A program made the translations under genes and the position numbers. The notes beneath the pieces were generated by a model, which searched no databases, was not told the origin of the DNA, and saw only the letters and a list, made by a program, of their open reading frames with translations. This document shows, piece by piece, positions 60,530 to 64,000 of a stretch of 64,000 bases of DNA; position 1 is the stretch's first letter, and each line of letters starts with the position of its first letter. The DNA is from Halocafeteria seosinensis (taxonomy: Eukaryota). The stretch spans positions 62,001 through 126,000 of the forward strand of contig LVLI01000146.1 in the NCBI GenBank assembly GCA_001687465.1, given 5' to 3'.

Positions 60530-62520
60530 ATGAGAGTCCTGCAGATCCAGCGGCTCTCAGCGTGCCCATGGAGGTAAGCTCTTGCATTTAGCCTTTTAAC
60601 AAAAGAACATACGTCATTCTCGGCGAAACTTAAACGTGTATTGCGGATGCAGTGTTAACCGGAGATGGGCGTATACGAGATCGCTTCTACCTGGATTGAA
60701 TCCATTTCGCTGTACATCCTATGAGAATGGAAATTTGCTCGCCGGCGCTTGTAACACTCGCCAACAATCGACTTCCTCGAATGCGTTGTCAAGATATGAC
60801 AACTTCGCAGCTAAAGTCTTGGAGAACGGATTGCAGCATCACCAAAATAAGGAAGCACTCATACAACCCGGCGGTGACGCTCTGACGTATGAGGATCTCT
60901 TAGAAAATGTAGCAAAATTGACCAACATGCTCAAGAAAATTGGTGTCAAGAAAGGCGAGCGGGTGCTGGTACTGGCTGAGAAAGAACTCCTCGTAATTCA
61001 AATCTATCTCGCAACACTGTCCCTAGGAGCGATTTTTCTTCCATTGAACCCTGGCTACACGAGGAATGAACTGAGTTATTTTCTTAAAGACGCAACTCCA
61101 GTCATTTCGATCTGTTCCTCCCGAGACCTAAAATCTCTAGGATCACTTTGTCAGGAAGAAGGTATCGGCAGAGCCGTCGATTTAGACACATTGAAGAGCA
61201 AAATGGAAGACTTCCCGTCGAACTTGTCCTTGGAAAATGTCGATGATACCGATATTGCATCTATCTGTTATACAAGCGGGACTACAGGGAAGCCTAAAGG
61301 AGCCATGGTAAGTGCTTTTCCTTGCAACACCTTGGCACACGTACACGGACTGAAGTGTGCTTAGCAATGACCTCAGATAACGCACCAAAATCTTTCTGCA
61401 AATGCGCAAGACTTAGTCACCGTCTGGGGATTCACCGCGTCAGATGTCTTAATACATCCGCTTCCTATATATCATGTTCACGGATTGTTTGTTGCTACGA
61501 ACACTGCTTTGTACAGTAGCAGCACAATGTTGTTCTTACCGAAATTCGACTCAGCGGAAGTCATCAATTTACTCCCAAATGCTACATGTATGATGGGAGT
61601 TCCAACGCACTATACCCGACTGTTGAGCGAAGATAGACTAAACGAGAGTCTATGTAAGAATATGAGACTCTTCATATCGGGGTCAGCTCCGATGCATATT
61701 GATACCCATTCGGCTTTCCAGAAAAGGACGGGACACAAGATCCTGGAGAGATATGGTTTGTCCTTCAAGAATTAGGAACAGTCAACGTTTCACACTTCTG
61801 AGCGAATTTTCATTGATTTGCCATTGCAGGCATGACTGAGGCTCAGATTATAACATCTAACCCACTGGAGAGAGAAAGGAAAGTTGGAAGCGTTGGCCAC
61901 CCATTGCCCAGTACAGAGATTCGCATAGCCGACTCCGATGGAAATCCGGTGGAAACAGGAACTATAGGCATGGTTGAGATCAGAGGGAAAAATCTATTCC
62001 AAGGGTATTGGAATAAGCCCGAAAAAACAGCTGAAGAATTCCGCTCTGATGGATTTTTCATCTCGGGAGATCTCGCCTATCAAGACGAGGAAGGTTACTT
62101 ATTCATTGTCGGGAGGGAGAAGGATCTTGTCATTTCCGGAGGTTTCAATGTCTACCCGAAAGAGATTGAGAGCGAAATTGATGACATATCAGAAGTCCTG
62201 GAATCTGCTGTTATTGGAGTACCTCATCCAGAGTGGGGTGAAGCCGTTGTAGCTGTCGTGGTTCCTCATGAGGGTTGCAAAATTGCTGAGGAAGAAGTAA
62301 GTTGTCAGTGGAACGTAGCTCTTTCTGTGATAAAGTTCCCCGGCGTGTTTGTCCGTGTTTACCTTCCGCACAGGTCATTGAGAAGCTTCGGAAGAACTTG
62401 GCTGGTTACAAGGTTCCGAAAAAGTTTGCTTTTGTAAGCGAATTGCCTCGAAACGCCATGGGTAAAGTACAGAAAAACGAGTTGCGGGAGACCTATCGCA
62501 GTATTTTCGACGAGTCATAG
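60530..62520 (+). CDS. Malonyl-CoA synthetase-like acyl-CoA ligase (MatB/ACSF3 family), probable mitochondrial presequence, multi-exon
   Basis: YTSGTTGKPKGAM, LPIYHVHGLFVA, MMGVPTHYTRLL, RLFISGSAP, GHKILERY|GMTE, GREKDLVISGGFNVYPKEIE, LPRNAMGKVQK. Arg-rich N-terminus. Confidence 0.92.
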
Positions 62521-62576
62521 CACAATCCACATAGATAAATAGCACCCTCGTTCCACTTTCGGTAGTTCCAATTCAT

Positions 62577-63124
62577 CTAGCTGCGTTTCTTCTTCTTGGA
62601 TTGTCCCTTCATGTAAGACACCATATGCCTCGCTAAGAAAGCCGGGTGGACTGCTTGATCCAGATAGCTGAGGTCATAGCTTCCTCGTCGCCGCAGGTGG
62701 TTGTTGAATGAGGATTCTCGGTAGGACCTTTGTGTATAGGGATCCTTATTATCGATGGCATCGACATTGATCCTCATCTGCGTTGATAAAAAGGGTCTGG
62801 GGTGCAAATAAGGTACGATTCCACAGGTGACTTTGAACGTACGGGTTCCGCCAAGTACCATGCCGGAATCAAGATAATTCCAATGTATATCAGGACGATA
62901 ACTCCCAAGCATTGTAGCACATGCGGCTGCGTATACCAGGAACACAGTTTCGTAAAAAAATTCACGCACGGAGAAGTACGCGAATTTGATGCGCCAAGCA
63001 TCCGGCTTACATCGGTAACGGTGACCTGAAGTGCGTGGATGAGAGGCTCAATGTGGAAGTTGCATTGGGCGATGGCGTAACCAAGACCACACCCGACGCC
63101 CAGTGTAATAATTTTGTCAAACAT
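62577..63124 (-). CDS. Small (~130 aa) membrane protein of unknown function, 3 exons
   Basis: Two GT-AG introns give MFDKIITLGVGCGLGYAIA...VTD|PHVLQCLGVIVLIYIGIILIPAWYLAEP|MRINV...SKKKKRS*. Confidence 0.65.
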
Positions 63125-63240
63125 GAATCCATCAACCGAGATAATAAAAAAAGATTAACTCTCCTATTTGTCAACACGGACGCATCAATACCAACTACTG
63201 GTCACTCAGTTGGCAACTAGCCAACAAGAGCAAACAATTC

Positions 63241-63278
63241 AGTCTCAGAATTGAATTCTAGTCTCAGAATTGAATTCT
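63241..63278. repeat. 19-bp direct tandem duplication
   Basis: agtctcagaattgaattct occurs twice, at 63241 and 63260. Confidence 0.9.
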
Positions 63279-63789
63279 TGGCGAAGATGCGATTTTATAC
63301 TTGTCAAGTGATGAACAGCGCAATAAAACATGCGGTCACATCGTATTTTCTAACTGCAGTCACTACAAGGGTAGAGTGGAAGAAGAAGTGGAACTGTGGA
63401 AGTATAGTTGCATTAAGTACTCCGTTGGTCTTACTACTGACGTTAGTGCGAATTCTAATCTGTTATGTCCAAGATAGGATGTCTGAAGATTTTCCATCAC
63501 AGTCGAAAAGAAGAGGAAGAAACTCCTTGTTACATTATTATAGGAGCATGTCAACTGGTTTCCCTAGAGCAAGGCTCGGTTCGCAGAAATACTCTTCATG
63601 CCGTGGAACACAAGCGATGTTCGCATTACATTACCGTTCCTTTCCATGTCAAAATGCATGAAGAGCCCTCATATTGAGAAGCCGTAGTTCATCCTGAAAC
63701 GTATCACTTCGATGGCCAAGCAGCCAAGAATAAGCTGGGGCGCCTATGGACTAACTGGAAAACATTAGGGTCTCCAATTCTTCATAACA

Positions 63790-64000
63790 CTACATTACAT
63801 CCTCCGATCCACGTAAGCTATTACCATCTCCCTGTTCTTCCAGCTGCAATCGCCCTGGAAGAGGATGGTTGTGGCCAGGTGCAAGGGATGACGATAAAGT
63901 TGCGGATGAAGACGCTGAGGAGCGCAATTTCCACTCGTGGGCTTGAAGGGCTTCTTTGGGGATTTGATGCTGATGTCGCGGGTGCTTCCCCGGAGAACCT
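63790..64000 (-). CDS. Probable 3' end of a gene extending beyond the window
   Basis: Open minus-strand frame from the window edge (GSPGKHPRHQ...SEDVM*), GC-richer than its flank; reading frame uncertain. Confidence 0.4.
   Translation of the reverse strand, partial: GSPGKHPRHQHQIPKEALQAHEWKLRSSASSSATLSSSLAPGHNHPLPGRLQLEEQGDGNSLRGSEDVM

Noticed and set aside
1..64000. Alternative genetic code, transposons, tRNA or rRNA genes
   Set aside because: TAA, TAG and TGA all terminate conserved genes and ORF breaks are explained by GT-AG introns. No transposase/RT motifs, terminal repeats or cloverleafs were seen by eye; tRNAscan and Infernal were not run.

Overview
Gene-dense eukaryotic nuclear DNA using the standard genetic code, with many short (about 45-85 nt) GT-AG introns. 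It is probably from a flagellated protist, since ciliary-type genes TMEM138 and WDR47 are present; the exact lineage cannot be fixed from this sequence. About 27 protein genes or gene fragments are supported: TOP2 3' part, EF-hand membrane protein, PTPMT1-like phosphatase, TAF7, S28 peptidase, TSEN2, a ~2550-aa orphan, a double AP2-domain protein, a PA-domain protein, an FHA + repeat + 6xSAP protein, TMEM138, a RAP-domain protein, a DUF985 cupin, WDR47, Ariadne E3, CAF1, SERINC, a bacterial-like secreted Ig/PKD protein, CTP synthase, MsrB, COG2, a SIN1-CRIM mini-protein, a MatB/ACSF3-like ligase and several orphans. No rRNA, tRNA, CRISPR array or transposase was recognised. The main highlight is a Ki-67-like architecture at 24400-28608: a Ki-67-type FHA domain, seven CDK/Aurora-site repeats and six SAP DNA-binding domains. 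Other highlights are a stand-alone SIN1 CRIM gene visible only after splicing (57608-58472), an intron-bearing bacterial-like surface protein (44434-46875) and a tandem AP2-like DNA-binding protein. All family calls are from motif recognition by eye, not database searches.
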